The position numbers and the translations under genes are program-made. Shown here piece after piece: positions 1 to 8,098 of a stretch of DNA of 32,000 bases. Within the stretch, counting starts at the first letter, position 1, and each line of letters opens with the position of its first letter. Below the pieces are notes generated by a model. The model was not told the DNA's origin. It searched no databases and saw only the letters and a list, made by a program, of their open reading frames with translations. The stretch comes from Alphaproteobacteria bacterium 40-19 (GTDB lineage Bacteria > Pseudomonadota > Alphaproteobacteria > Holosporales > Holosporaceae): contig MKSD01000001.1 in assembly GCA_001898075.1 (NCBI GenBank), positions 891,817-923,816 of the forward strand, in the 5' to 3' direction.

Positions 1-102
1 TTGGCGGCTTACAACGATGCTTGGCAACAGTTAGAACACATACGCCAACAAGAAACTGCGGCTATGAATATTCCTGCCGGTCTGACTGGGTTATTACCAT
101 AA
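1..102 (+). CDS. ybaB: YbaB/EbfC-family nucleoid-associated protein, C-terminal fragment (5' end lies outside the window)
   Basis: Frame 1 is open from base 1 to TAA at 100-102. The translation LAAYNDAWQQLEHIRQQETAAMNIPAGLTGLLP resembles the conserved AAxNDA helix and the Gly/Pro/Leu-rich tail at the YbaB C-terminus. Confidence 0.5.
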   Translation: MAAYNDAWQQLEHIRQQETAAMNIPAGLTGLLP

Positions 103-231
103 GGGGGATAGAAAGGCTTATTTTGACTTGAGGACAGAGAAAAGCATTTTGGGACTCATTTTTCTAAAGCACTCCTCTATCCCCTGGCCAGAGTTTTTGT
201 CATAATGAAAAAAAACCGATCGTGGTAAGAG

Positions 232-636
232 ATGAATTTGTTGCAACAATTTAACGCACGACAAATGGAAAGCCTAATAGCAGGTAAGGCAGAAAGTATT
301 CCGTTTTTTCGGGCTGGAGATACTTTAAGTGTCCATGTGCGTATTGTGGAAGGAGAGCGTCAAAGAATTCAGAGGTTTGAGGGCGTTTGTATTGCACGCC
401 GTAACTCTGGATTGCAATCTTCTTTTTTGGTGCGCCGTGTGACAGGAGCAGTAGCTGTTGAAAGGAGATTTCTATTGTGCAGTCCTTCTGTTCATAAAAT
501 AGAGGTGTTACGACGCGGACGCGTGCGTAGAGCTAAGCTATATTTCTTGCGGGAAAGAAGCGGAAAATCTGCGCGTATCAAAGAATTAAAGGTACACAGA
601 CCTACTGCACCTGCTTCTGGGCAAGTTGTTTCTTGA
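232..636 (+). CDS. rplS: 50S ribosomal protein L19
   Basis: 134-aa ORF with typical L19 sequence ([33 protein letters not shown]...[14 protein letters not shown]). Confidence 0.95.
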   Translation: MNLLQQFNARQMESLIAGKAESIPFFRAGDTLSVHVRIVEGERQRIQRFEGVCIARRNSGLQSSFLVRRVTGAVAVERRFLLCSPSVHKIEVLRRGRVRRAKLYFLRERSGKSARIKELKVHRPTAPASGQVVS

Positions 637-941
637 TACAAGGCCCCAGGTTGGGTCTTGTCGCGTAGTGGGGGCGAAAGTAGCCCTCTAAGATTTTAAA
701 AAGCTGTGACTTAGAAACTATCATTAAATTTGAAGAATTGTATTTTTTGCGTATTTTGATTATTAATAAGAGAATGGCTTTTACATCTTAAAGAGACTTA
801 TTTTTATTTAATTTTTACTGAATTTTTACGCTTTTAGGAAAATTGATCATTTTCTAGAAGAAGCCACTTTTCTGAGTTTTCAGATTGTGCTTTTAAAGCT
901 TTAATTTTTTAAGTGACTTCCTAGAAACAGGGTGTTCTTAT

Positions 942-1421
942 TTAAAAATCTAAATTGAAAGTAGTCATTCCCCCCTCGCAGCCTTCTTTGGGAATAAACC
1001 ATACTGTGCCATCCCCCATCATGAATCCTTGAGCATTCACAAATAGATCGCTCAAAGTTGTTTTAAGAATAAGGTTTTTAATATCAGGGGTAAAAATTTT
1101 GGGAAATAGTACCTTGAAATCCTCTTTCGCTTTTATTTTTTTATGCTCTCCTATGGATCCTGACTTTCGCAAGTTCAAGTTACAAGGATAGTGGATAAAA
1201 GCGGAGATCTTATCTGGGTCATCTGTTTGAACAGCCTCTTGGAGTTTTGGTAGATAACTGGCAATCATCTGATCTGTTATTGTACGATCATAAAAACCAT
1301 TGATATGATCGGGATAAGTTTTGCCCTGAATACTGTCTGAAGCACAAACTTCAGCCATAAGACCAAAGGCTAAAATATGGTATAAAGAAATAAACTTTTT
1401 AAAAAAAACGTGTGAGATCAT
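942..1421 (-). CDS. hypothetical secreted protein (N-terminal signal peptide)
   Basis: 159-aa ORF with a hydrophobic N-terminus (FISLYHILAFGLMAEVCA) followed by a polar region. I recognise no family. Confidence 0.5.
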   Translation of the reverse strand: MISHVFFKKFISLYHILAFGLMAEVCASDSIQGKTYPDHINGFYDRTITDQMIASYLPKLQEAVQTDDPDKISAFIHYPCNLNLRKSGSIGEHKKIKAKEDFKVLFPKIFTPDIKNLILKTTLSDLFVNAQGFMMGDGTVWFIPKEGCEGGMTTFNLDF

Positions 1422-1649
1422 TTGACTCTCCTTATAAAAAGTTACGGTAGTTTCAAAGTGTTCTTTAAAATTTAAGCTCTTTTAGCGCAATTAAAGAATA
1501 GCTTAACCACCAACACGCCCCGTGGCATTGTAAATGCATTTTTGATAAGAGGATAGAGTTTTTATAACTTATTTTTTTATTTCTATGAAAGAAAAACTGA
1601 GTTTGGATTTTTTTTTGGGAGTGTTATAGGGGGCTCTTGCCTCAGTCCT

Positions 1650-1687
1650 TTCTTTCCTTTATACCAAAGGAAAGAATTTGTTTTTTT
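1650..1687 (+). terminator. intrinsic-terminator-like hairpin plus U-tract, 5 nt upstream of the rpiB ATG
   Basis: Perfect 11-bp stem ttctttccttt / aaaggaaagaa (1650-1660 pairs with 1666-1676), loop atacc, then tttgttttttt (1677-1687). The U-tract exists only on the + strand. Confidence 0.4.
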
Positions 1688-1692
1688 AAAGA

Positions 1693-2157
1693 ATGGTGGT
1701 TCTGAGTTGTGATCATGGGGGGCGTGATTTAGCCCTTTTTTTACAAGAGTGTCTTGTCAAGGATGGGATTTGTGTAGAAGGTGCTATTTCTTTAGAACAG
1801 ACTGTTGACTATCCTTGCGTGATTCCTTGGATGGTTCAAAAAGTGCGCTATGATAAAAAAATGGGCATTTTGGTGTGTGGGTCGGGTATTGGAATGAGTA
1901 TTTCTGCTAATCGTTACCAGGGAATACGCGCAGCCCTGTGCCATGATGAAACCACTGCGCGTTTGGCGCGACAGCATAATAATGCCAATATTTTGGTGCT
2001 GGGAGGACGGTTGTTGGGGCCCGTATTGGCTTGGCAGTGTGTGCAGGTTTTTTTGAAAACCACTTTTGAAGGCGGTCATCATCAAAGTCGTTTGGCGGCC
2101 TTGGAAAAAGATTCTAAAAAAGTTCCTTTCTTATACTCTTCTTTCCAAAATGATTAA
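1693..2157 (+). CDS. rpiB: ribose-5-phosphate isomerase B (RpiB/LacA/LacB family)
   Basis: 154-aa ORF with SCDHGG near the N-terminus, then GILVCGSGIGMSISANR and NANILVLGGR motifs typical of RpiB. Confidence 0.9.
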   Translation: MVVLSCDHGGRDLALFLQECLVKDGICVEGAISLEQTVDYPCVIPWMVQKVRYDKKMGILVCGSGIGMSISANRYQGIRAALCHDETTARLARQHNNANILVLGGRLLGPVLAWQCVQVFLKTTFEGGHHQSRLAALEKDSKKVPFLYSSFQND

Positions 2158-2979
2158 AATAAGAATGACCAATCCGGTTATCCAAGAGTATTTAAAAAAA
2201 GTATTGCAAGAGGAAGAGGTATTTAAATCCAACCTTTTCAGTTGCCTTGCCCATAAGATCCCATAGCTCCATAATAAAATATGACTGGTGAGGTGTTGAC
2301 ACCATCCGCTCAGCATTAAAATGCGCAGTCCTAGACCTGTCATCAGATAGACCTTTCCTTTTTGATCCCATAAAACAGCCAAGGATTTCAAACCCAGTTG
2401 AAGGTCTTCTTTTTTATCTTGATAGGCGTATATTGTGTCGTATTCTATAGTCCACAGGATGCCCAATATAAAGAAAAAGATCAGGTCTTTTTGAAAAAGG
2501 GGGGACGTCAAAGAGGCTCCAATCCATACCCCCCAACTGAATAAAAAACCTAAAAAAATTTGAGGCCCCAACACCCAACGCTTTAAAAAAGGATATAATA
2601 AAGATAAGAGCCATCCTGCCATGCCCCATAAGATGGTCCTAAAAGGAAGGCAAAACCACAAAAATAGTCCAGGCAGTAGGATCAAGGTTCCTAGGTTTAG
2701 TATTTGAAAAATGGAAAAATGCCATAGACCTCTTTTTTTTGTTCGGTGAACGAAGAAGTCAAACCGTTGGTCGATCCAGTCATTGTAAGCACATCCTACG
2801 CTGCGCATCCATAAAGCTCCAAAAGCTAAAAGAGCGCAATCCCAAGCCTTGATTGAAGCTGTTTGCCATACATATCCCCAAAGGCAGGGGATTAGTAGAA
2901 GTACAATACCTATGGGGCGATTCAAACGGCATTTTTTCAAGGTAAAGGCGCATTGCTTATAGAGAGAAGATAGTTGCAC
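2131..2979 (-). CDS. ubiA: 4-hydroxybenzoate polyprenyltransferase (UbiA prenyltransferase family)
   Basis: 282-aa polytopic membrane ORF. First Asp-rich motif is NDWIDQRFD and the second is YAYQDKKEDLQLGLKS. Its 3' end overlaps the rpiB 3' end by 27 nt (convergent). Confidence 0.85.
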   Translation of the reverse strand: MQLSSLYKQCAFTLKKCRLNRPIGIVLLLIPCLWGYVWQTASIKAWDCALLAFGALWMRSVGCAYNDWIDQRFDFFVHRTKKRGLWHFSIFQILNLGTLILLPGLFLWFCLPFRTILWGMAGWLLSLLYPFLKRWVLGPQIFLGFLFSWGVWIGASLTSPLFQKDLIFFFILGILWTIEYDTIYAYQDKKEDLQLGLKSLAVLWDQKGKVYLMTGLGLRILMLSGWCQHLTSHILLWSYGILWARQLKRLDLNTSSSCNTFFKYSWITGLVILILIILERRV

Positions 2980-3061
2980 GAATTTTGATCCTAGTATTTT
3001 GATCTAAGGCTGTTGCTATAGCTTACAAAAATAATTACCCTGAAAGCAAAGTCTGAGGTTT

Positions 3062-4045
3062 ATGCTTGTGAAAAAAATATTAAAAATTAGCATGATTTTT
3101 TTATGTGGTTTGGTTGGAATGCTGTTTTTGCGTGTCCCAGGATTTTTCTTGTTGCCTTCGCAAACAGTTTCACCTTCTTTCCAAGAAGAGCTTTTTGGTT
3201 CTCGTACAGTACATGAAGGGAAAGCCACTTCCGATGAGATAGCTATTTTTGTTATTAATTTGGATCGCAATCCAGAACGTTACAGGGATATTCATGAGCA
3301 TGTTCTGGTGCCCTTAGGGCTACCTTTTTTCAGAGTCAAAGCCATCTATGGAAAAGAACTTCCCCAAAAGCAACGAGATGAACTGACATCTTATAAGGTG
3401 TATCGTCTTGCTTTTAATGGTAACCTGCCAGGCCCTGGAGAATTTGGGTGTTTTGCCAGTCATGTGAAAGCCTGGCGGGAATTTCTGGCTTCTTCTTATC
3501 AAACAGCCCTTATTTTGGAAGACGATGTGCAATTGTGTTTTGATCCTTCTGTGACTTTAGCTCTTTTAAGTCGTGCTCGGGATATATCAGATGTTTGTTT
3601 TTTGGATGCTCAAGGTACAGCTCATCAAGAAGTTTTTTCTTCTTTATCACTGGATGATTGGAGGCAAGGGAATATTCATGCTTTTGGACAGCTCAGTTTT
3701 CAAGAAAGTATCAACGCGGGGGCTTACTTGATCAACCGACGGGCTGCCCGGGCCTTATTAGATAAAGCAAATCAGTTTTGTTTGCCTGCTGATCACTATA
3801 TTCAAAGAGCTTGGGAATTTTCATTATCTACGACTCACCTTAGTCCCCGCCTTTTTCACCAAAAGGCTGTTCCTTCAGATATTGAATCAGATCGGCGGAT
3901 TCCTTTTAAACGGAGCATTCCCGAGCGTTTGTTTCAAAGGCTTGAAACTCAGATGTTTCATCTGAAGCGAGATATGGCTAGGGTTGTTTTTCAGCTTTGG
4001 TCATTTGTAAAAATTTTGTGGAAAGAACCCCCTCAGAAAAAATAG
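3062..4045 (+). CDS. glycosyltransferase family 25 (LOS/LPS core glycosyltransferase-like) with N-terminal membrane anchor
   Basis: 327-aa ORF. IFVINLDRNPERY, GEFGCFASH and ILEDDV match the GT25 (Lic2/LgtB/LpsA-like) signature. The N-terminal 30 aa are hydrophobic. Confidence 0.8.
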   Translation: MLVKKILKISMIFLCGLVGMLFLRVPGFFLLPSQTVSPSFQEELFGSRTVHEGKATSDEIAIFVINLDRNPERYRDIHEHVLVPLGLPFFRVKAIYGKELPQKQRDELTSYKVYRLAFNGNLPGPGEFGCFASHVKAWREFLASSYQTALILEDDVQLCFDPSVTLALLSRARDISDVCFLDAQGTAHQEVFSSLSLDDWRQGNIHAFGQLSFQESINAGAYLINRRAARALLDKANQFCLPADHYIQRAWEFSLSTTHLSPRLFHQKAVPSDIESDRRIPFKRSIPERLFQRLETQMFHLKRDMARVVFQLWSFVKILWKEPPQKK

Positions 4046-4134
4046 GTTTAAATAAAAAAAAATTAAAGGTAGGAAATATTGATAGCATCCATCAAAGCCT
4101 TGATTTTTTGCCTTATATACAAGAAACTAACAGT

Positions 4135-4223
4135 GGAGAAATGCCAGAGTGGTTGAATGGGACGGTCTCGAAAACCGTTATACGTCTTGCGTATCGAGGG
4201 TTCGAATCCCTCTTTCTCCGCCA
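4135..4223 (+). tRNA. tRNA-Ser (anticodon CGA), CCA encoded
   Basis: Cloverleaf read by hand: acceptor GGAGAAA/TTTCTCC, D arm CCA-GAGTGGTTGAA-TGG, anticodon stem ACGGT/ACCGT with loop CTCGAAA. Long variable arm ATACG-TCTTG-CGTAT, T arm GAGGG-TTCGAAT-CCCTC, discriminator G, then CCA. Confidence 0.92.
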
Positions 4224-4278
4224 CATATTTAGCTACACAGAATTCCTAAATGTAACGAAATGACTTGGGTGACTTCAT

Positions 4279-4437
4279 TCATCCAACCTGGTCGCTTAAA
4301 GAGAATTGTGGTGATTTAATAGTAAAATATAAAGAAATTAGATGTACTGCTGCAATTGCAATATTGCTTAACACAACAGGATTTTGCAAGCTACCGACAA
4401 GGATAGATGATAGAAGTTTGTACACGACTTGCATCAT
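4279..4437 (-). CDS. hypothetical small hydrophobic protein, start overlaps the upstream ORF stop (TAATG)
   Basis: 52-aa ORF (MMQVVYKLLSSILVGSLQNPVVLSNIAIAAVHLISLYFTIKSPQFSLSDQVG), below the ORF-track length cut-off. Its ATG at 4437-4435 overlaps the TAA of ORF 4437..4640. Confidence 0.2.
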   Translation of the reverse strand: MMQVVYKLLSSILVGSLQNPVVLSNIAIAAVHLISLYFTIKSPQFSLSDQVG

Positions 4438-4640
4438 TAAGAGTGAAAAAATAAGTATTGATTAGGTTTAATCAATAAATAAAAAGAAGAAATTAGAATA
4501 GTACAGTATATTGAAAATAATATATAAAGAGAGGGTTGCTTAGAACCCCAATCATGGGCAACAAAATCTTGTCCTGAGAGAATGCCAAAACATACAGGAG
4601 CTAACACCCCTATGTTTAAAAAAAGTGAAAATTTAGTCAT
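4437..4640 (-). CDS. hypothetical small membrane protein (two predicted TM helices)
   Basis: 67-aa ORF with two hydrophobic stretches and no SD. The region is AT-rich, so a spurious hydrophobic ORF is plausible. Confidence 0.25.
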   Translation of the reverse strand: MTKFSLFLNIGVLAPVCFGILSGQDFVAHDWGSKQPSLYILFSIYCTILISSFYLLIKPNQYLFFHS

Positions 4641-4992
4641 CTTATTTATATTCTTTTTTAATGTCTTTTAATTTAAAGATTCATCTTGAAAACATAATAA
4701 CCTCTTTCCACCTACAAAAAAACGCTCAACTAAAATATACAAGATTGGTATTCCCTTCAGTTTACATATCGTGTCACTTTAGGGACATGCTACCCTTGCT
4801 CGATGCTTTCCAAACAATCCCAAATCATTGATTTGATATTCTTTAAGTGCGCCTTTATAATCGATTCGGAAATTCAAAACATGATCATATGAATCCAGTT
4901 TAAAGTTCGTTAAATGGCAGTAGAATTATCTTCAGATCAGCATTGTATAAGTTTTCTAATCTATTTTCTTAGAGGAAAAGATTTTTTTTAAG

Positions 4993-5484
4993 CTAGAGTT
5001 CTTTATTTAAAAGAGACAAAATGCGGGCCATAGAAAAAAGATTGGTACAGCAGGTTATTATAAGCTTGGCCCTGACGCTTAAGGCGCAATAGTTTTTTTC
5101 AATTGTTTTAGGATCTCTTTTTGTAATAGCAATTACGTGGGGAATAACATCTTTTATCAATTGTTGGTCATCATGTTGATTGTATCATTTATCAATCATT
5201 ATAATTGTGTTCACATAAGGGACCAGTATCGCGTTACGCTGTTTTTGGGTATGAATGACAGTAGATCTTTTTTGTAAAATCCGTGCATCTGGTTCCAGAG
5301 CGACAACTAAATGGTCTCCTTGGGAACGGGCATATTTTAAAAATTCCAAATGACCAAAGTGCAGGATATCAAAACAGCCTCCTACTAAAACAATTTTGTG
5401 GCCTTTAAGTGTTATTTTTTTTCCTAGATAATGGCGTATGAAGACATTTTTTTGTGGAAAATAATTGTGCACTGCTTTTAACAT
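4993..5484 (-). pseudogene. cytidylyl/adenylyltransferase-family gene (RfaE domain II / TagD-like) interrupted by one in-frame TGA at 5185-5187
   Basis: The N-terminal 99 aa carry GGCFDILHFGHLEFL (the nucleotidyltransferase HxGH motif). The same frame continues after the TGA as YNQHDDQQLIKDVIPHVIAITKRD... to TAG at 4993-4995. The total of about 163 codons is the normal length for this family. Confidence 0.7.
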
Positions 5485-5513
5485 AATATTTTTAACTTGC
5501 TGTGGGAATGTCC

Positions 5514-7073
5514 TTAAAAATGAACAGAGCTACGAACCAAGGCCTGGGTGTAGTGGTGCTGGGGATGGTTAATAACAGACTGGGATTCCCCTTGTTCCAC
5601 GATCTGTCCCGCTTTCATGACCAGTAAAAAGTGACTGATACTGCCAACGACCGCAAGGTCATGGGTGATAAAAATATAAGAAAGTCCTTTGTGTTGCTGA
5701 AGATTTTTTAAAAGTTCTAAGATTTCTTTTTGGATGGTTAAATCCAGAGCTGAAGTTGGTTCATCTAAAATCAGGAAATCGGGATTCAAAATTAAGGCCC
5801 GGGCGATGGAAATTCGTTGCCGTTGCCCCCCAGATAATTGGTGAGGATAACGGCTTAAAATTCCAGGATCTAAAGCCACTTCTTGTAAGGCGGCCATCAG
5901 ACGTTTTTTGCGAGCATTCTTGGGAAGGGTTTCATAAAGATCCAATCCTTCCCCCACCACCTCTTCAACGGTCATGCGGGGATTTAAAGCTCCGGCAGGA
6001 TCTTGAAAAATCATTTGAAAGTACCGACGGTAGGATCTGAGTTCTTTTGAACTGAGAGATGAAAGATCTTGACCTTTAAAAGTCACGCGACCTTTAAAAG
6101 GTATAAGATGCATTAAGGCCAAAGCCAAAGTACTTTTACCTGAACCGCTTTCCCCGATAATGCCCAAAGTTTGACCCTCTAAGACTTTAAAAGAAACATC
6201 TTTAACAATAGGCGTATTTTGTAAGAAGACCTGTAGGTTTTGGACCTCTAACAGCGCAGGCCCTTGTGAAGGGACGGAAACAACTGGAGATAAAGCAGCA
6301 CTTTTAAATAATTTTTGAGTATAAGGGTGTTGAGGGGATTGAATGAGTTTAGAGCTTTCTGCTTGTTCTACGATTTGTCCTTTGCTCATCACCGCAATAT
6401 GGTCTGCAATATGCGCCACTAAAGGAAGGTTGTGACTGATGAAGAGCATAGCCATTTGAGTTTTTTCTTGAATTTTTTTTAAAGAAGCTAAAACTTCTGC
6501 CTGGATTGTTACATCTAAGGCGGTGGTGGGTTCATCGGCGATCAAAAGGCTGGGATTGCCCGATAAGGCCATGGCAATCATCAACCTTTGCCTCTGTCCC
6601 CCTGATAGTTGATGAGGGTAGTCTTGAAGACGATAGATGGCTTCTGGGAAATCTGCCAGCTCTAAAAGGCGCACGACTTCATCCTTTAAAAGTTGAGCTG
6701 AATAGAGCTCTTGCCCTCGATGAAGTTTTAAAGGATAAGAAATAGCTTGAAAAATAGTGTGCAAAGGATTTAATGCCACACTGGGTTCCTGAAAGATCAT
6801 CCCGATACGCCCCCCGCGCACGTTGTAGAGGTGCTTTAAAGGGCTTTTGAGCAATTCATGTCCTTCAAATAAGACTTCTCCTTGGTAAGAGGGGGATAAT
6901 AGAGTGGGAACCAAACGCAACAACGATAAGGCACACATAGATTTTCCTGAACCACTTTCCCCTACTAATGCCAGGGTGCAACCGGCTTTGAGGTCGAAGG
7001 AAATATCATCCAGAATAGGGCGGGATTGTCTTTTAAAGTTTAAAGACAAGTGACGAACAGACAGTAAGCTCAT
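5514..7073 (-). CDS. yejF: ABC transporter ATP-binding protein with two fused ATPase domains (YejF-like peptide/microcin importer)
   Basis: 519-aa ORF with two Walker A motifs (GESGSGKS twice), two LSGGQRQR signatures and two Walker B motifs ([16 protein letters not shown]). Confidence 0.8.
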   Translation of the reverse strand: MSLLSVRHLSLNFKRQSRPILDDISFDLKAGCTLALVGESGSGKSMCALSLLRLVPTLLSPSYQGEVLFEGHELLKSPLKHLYNVRGGRIGMIFQEPSVALNPLHTIFQAISYPLKLHRGQELYSAQLLKDEVVRLLELADFPEAIYRLQDYPHQLSGGQRQRLMIAMALSGNPSLLIADEPTTALDVTIQAEVLASLKKIQEKTQMAMLFISHNLPLVAHIADHIAVMSKGQIVEQAESSKLIQSPQHPYTQKLFKSAALSPVVSVPSQGPALLEVQNLQVFLQNTPIVKDVSFKVLEGQTLGIIGESGSGKSTLALALMHLIPFKGRVTFKGQDLSSLSSKELRSYRRYFQMIFQDPAGALNPRMTVEEVVGEGLDLYETLPKNARKKRLMAALQEVALDPGILSRYPHQLSGGQRQRISIARALILNPDFLILDEPTSALDLTIQKEILELLKNLQQHKGLSYIFITHDLAVVGSISHFLLVMKAGQIVEQGESQSVINHPQHHYTQALVRSSVHF

Positions 7074-8098
7074 GAGGGTTTGTGTGGTGAAAAAGTATCG
7101 CGAAGAGCTTCACCAATAAAGGTGACAAGAACCAAAATGGTAGCCAAAGTTAAAAAGGCTGACAGCCCTAGCCACGGGGCGTACAGATGAGATTTACCTT
7201 GGCGTAATAGATCTCCTAAAGAAGGTGTTCCCAAAGATAGACCAATTCCCAGGAAATCCAAAGCGGTGAGGGCGGAAATACCGCTGCTGATCAGAAAAGG
7301 CAGACAGCTTAAGGCCGGAGCCAGCGCATTGGGTAAGATATGACGAAAAATAATGCGTCCTTCAGGGACTCCCAACGCTTTGGCTGCTTTGACATAGGAC
7401 TGTTGACGCCCTCTTAAAAACTCTGCGCGGACAACTGGGACAAGCCGTGTCCAGCTGAACAGGGTCATAATACCCAAAAAGACCCAAACATTGGCTGACA
7501 AAAAATTAGATACAATCATCAACAAAAAGAAAATCGGCAAACCATCCCATATTTCAATGATACGCTGCAGAACAAGATCAATTTTTCCGGCAAAATATCC
7601 TTGAATGGAGCCTACTATAATTCCTACAATACTGCTGAAGATTGCCAGTCCAAGGCCAAAGAATAAAGAAATACGTGTCCCATACAATAATCGTGCCAAG
7701 ACGTCTCGCCCTTGTTCATCTGTGCCTAACACATGGTGACAGTCGGGGGGAGACAACGAAGGCTGAGGGGCATCTAAAGAAATTGTTTGGGCACCGTACC
7801 GATATAAAGGCCATATTACAAAAGCTTTTTCTTTTTGAATAAATTGATTGAATTCACAGCTCATATAGTTCATTTCAATATCTTCACCATCGAAAAAGGC
7901 TGTTTCAGGATAATAACGCAGAATAGGAAACAGCCAAGATTTTTTTGTAATCACCAGTAAAGGCTTATCATTAGATAAAAATTCTGCACCGCTGCACAAC
8001 AAAAAAATGAAGCTTAAAGTCAGGAAACTGAAAAAACCTCGTCGATGAGAAAGAAAATAGCGCCATTTTCCCGCAGTATTTGTTCCAGACGTATTCAT
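7070..8098 (-). CDS. yejE: ABC peptide transporter permease (YejE / OppC-like)
   Basis: 342-aa polytopic ORF with a BPD-transporter permease core (EAA-like region KAAKALGVPEGRIIFRHILPNA). Overlaps yejF and yejB by 4 nt each. Confidence 0.8.
   Translation of the reverse strand: MNTSGTNTAGKWRYFLSHRRGFFSFLTLSFIFLLCSGAEFLSNDKPLLVITKKSWLFPILRYYPETAFFDGEDIEMNYMSCEFNQFIQKEKAFVIWPLYRYGAQTISLDAPQPSLSPPDCHHVLGTDEQGRDVLARLLYGTRISLFFGLGLAIFSSIVGIIVGSIQGYFAGKIDLVLQRIIEIWDGLPIFFLLMIVSNFLSANVWVFLGIMTLFSWTRLVPVVRAEFLRGRQQSYVKAAKALGVPEGRIIFRHILPNALAPALSCLPFLISSGISALTALDFLGIGLSLGTPSLGDLLRQGKSHLYAPWLGLSAFLTLATILVLVTFIGEALRDTFSPHKPS

Noticed and set aside
706-928. Imperfect direct repeat gtgactt(cct)agaaac at 706-718 and 913-928 flanking about 200 bp of AT-rich DNA, considered as possible insertion scars.
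   Set aside because: It is only 13 matching bases with a 3-nt indel in AT-rich sequence. Nothing element-like lies between the copies, so chance is an adequate explanation.
1585-1629. 14-codon ORF (MKEKLSLDFFLGVL) upstream of the rpiB terminator-like hairpin, considered as a leader peptide.
   Set aside because: It has no SD, no run of regulatory codons and no evident alternative antiterminator pairing. It is kept only as context for the terminator finding.
2131-2157. 27-nt convergent 3' overlap of rpiB and ubiA, considered as a regulatory antisense arrangement.
   Set aside because: Short tail-to-tail overlaps are common in compact genomes, and both C-termini are weakly conserved. There is no specific signal beyond the overlap itself.
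3997-4263. 88-aa + strand ORF downstream of the GT25 gene.
   Set aside because: It reads straight through the tRNA-Ser gene (4135-4223), so it is an artefact.
4701-4709. cctctttcc resembles the tRNA-Ser 3' end (ccctctttctcc), considered as a possible attR copy delimiting an island 4224-4709.
   Set aside because: The match is only 8-9 nt of low-complexity pyrimidine sequence, and no integrase or other element gene lies between. It is too weak to call.
4779-4925. 48-codon minus-strand open frame lacking any start codon (…NFRIDYKGALKEYQINDLGLFGKHRARVACP).
   Set aside because: It has no start and no recognisable family. It is mentioned only as a possible gene remnant inside the tRNA-flank finding and is not annotated as a feature.
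5185-5187. The in-frame TGA might mean the organism uses translation table 4 (TGA = Trp).
   Set aside because: TGA clearly terminates many conserved genes here at their expected C-termini. These include rplS (634-636), rplD, rplW, rplP, rpsE, rpmD, rplO and secY, several within ATGA or GTGA stop-start overlaps. The standard table 11 applies.
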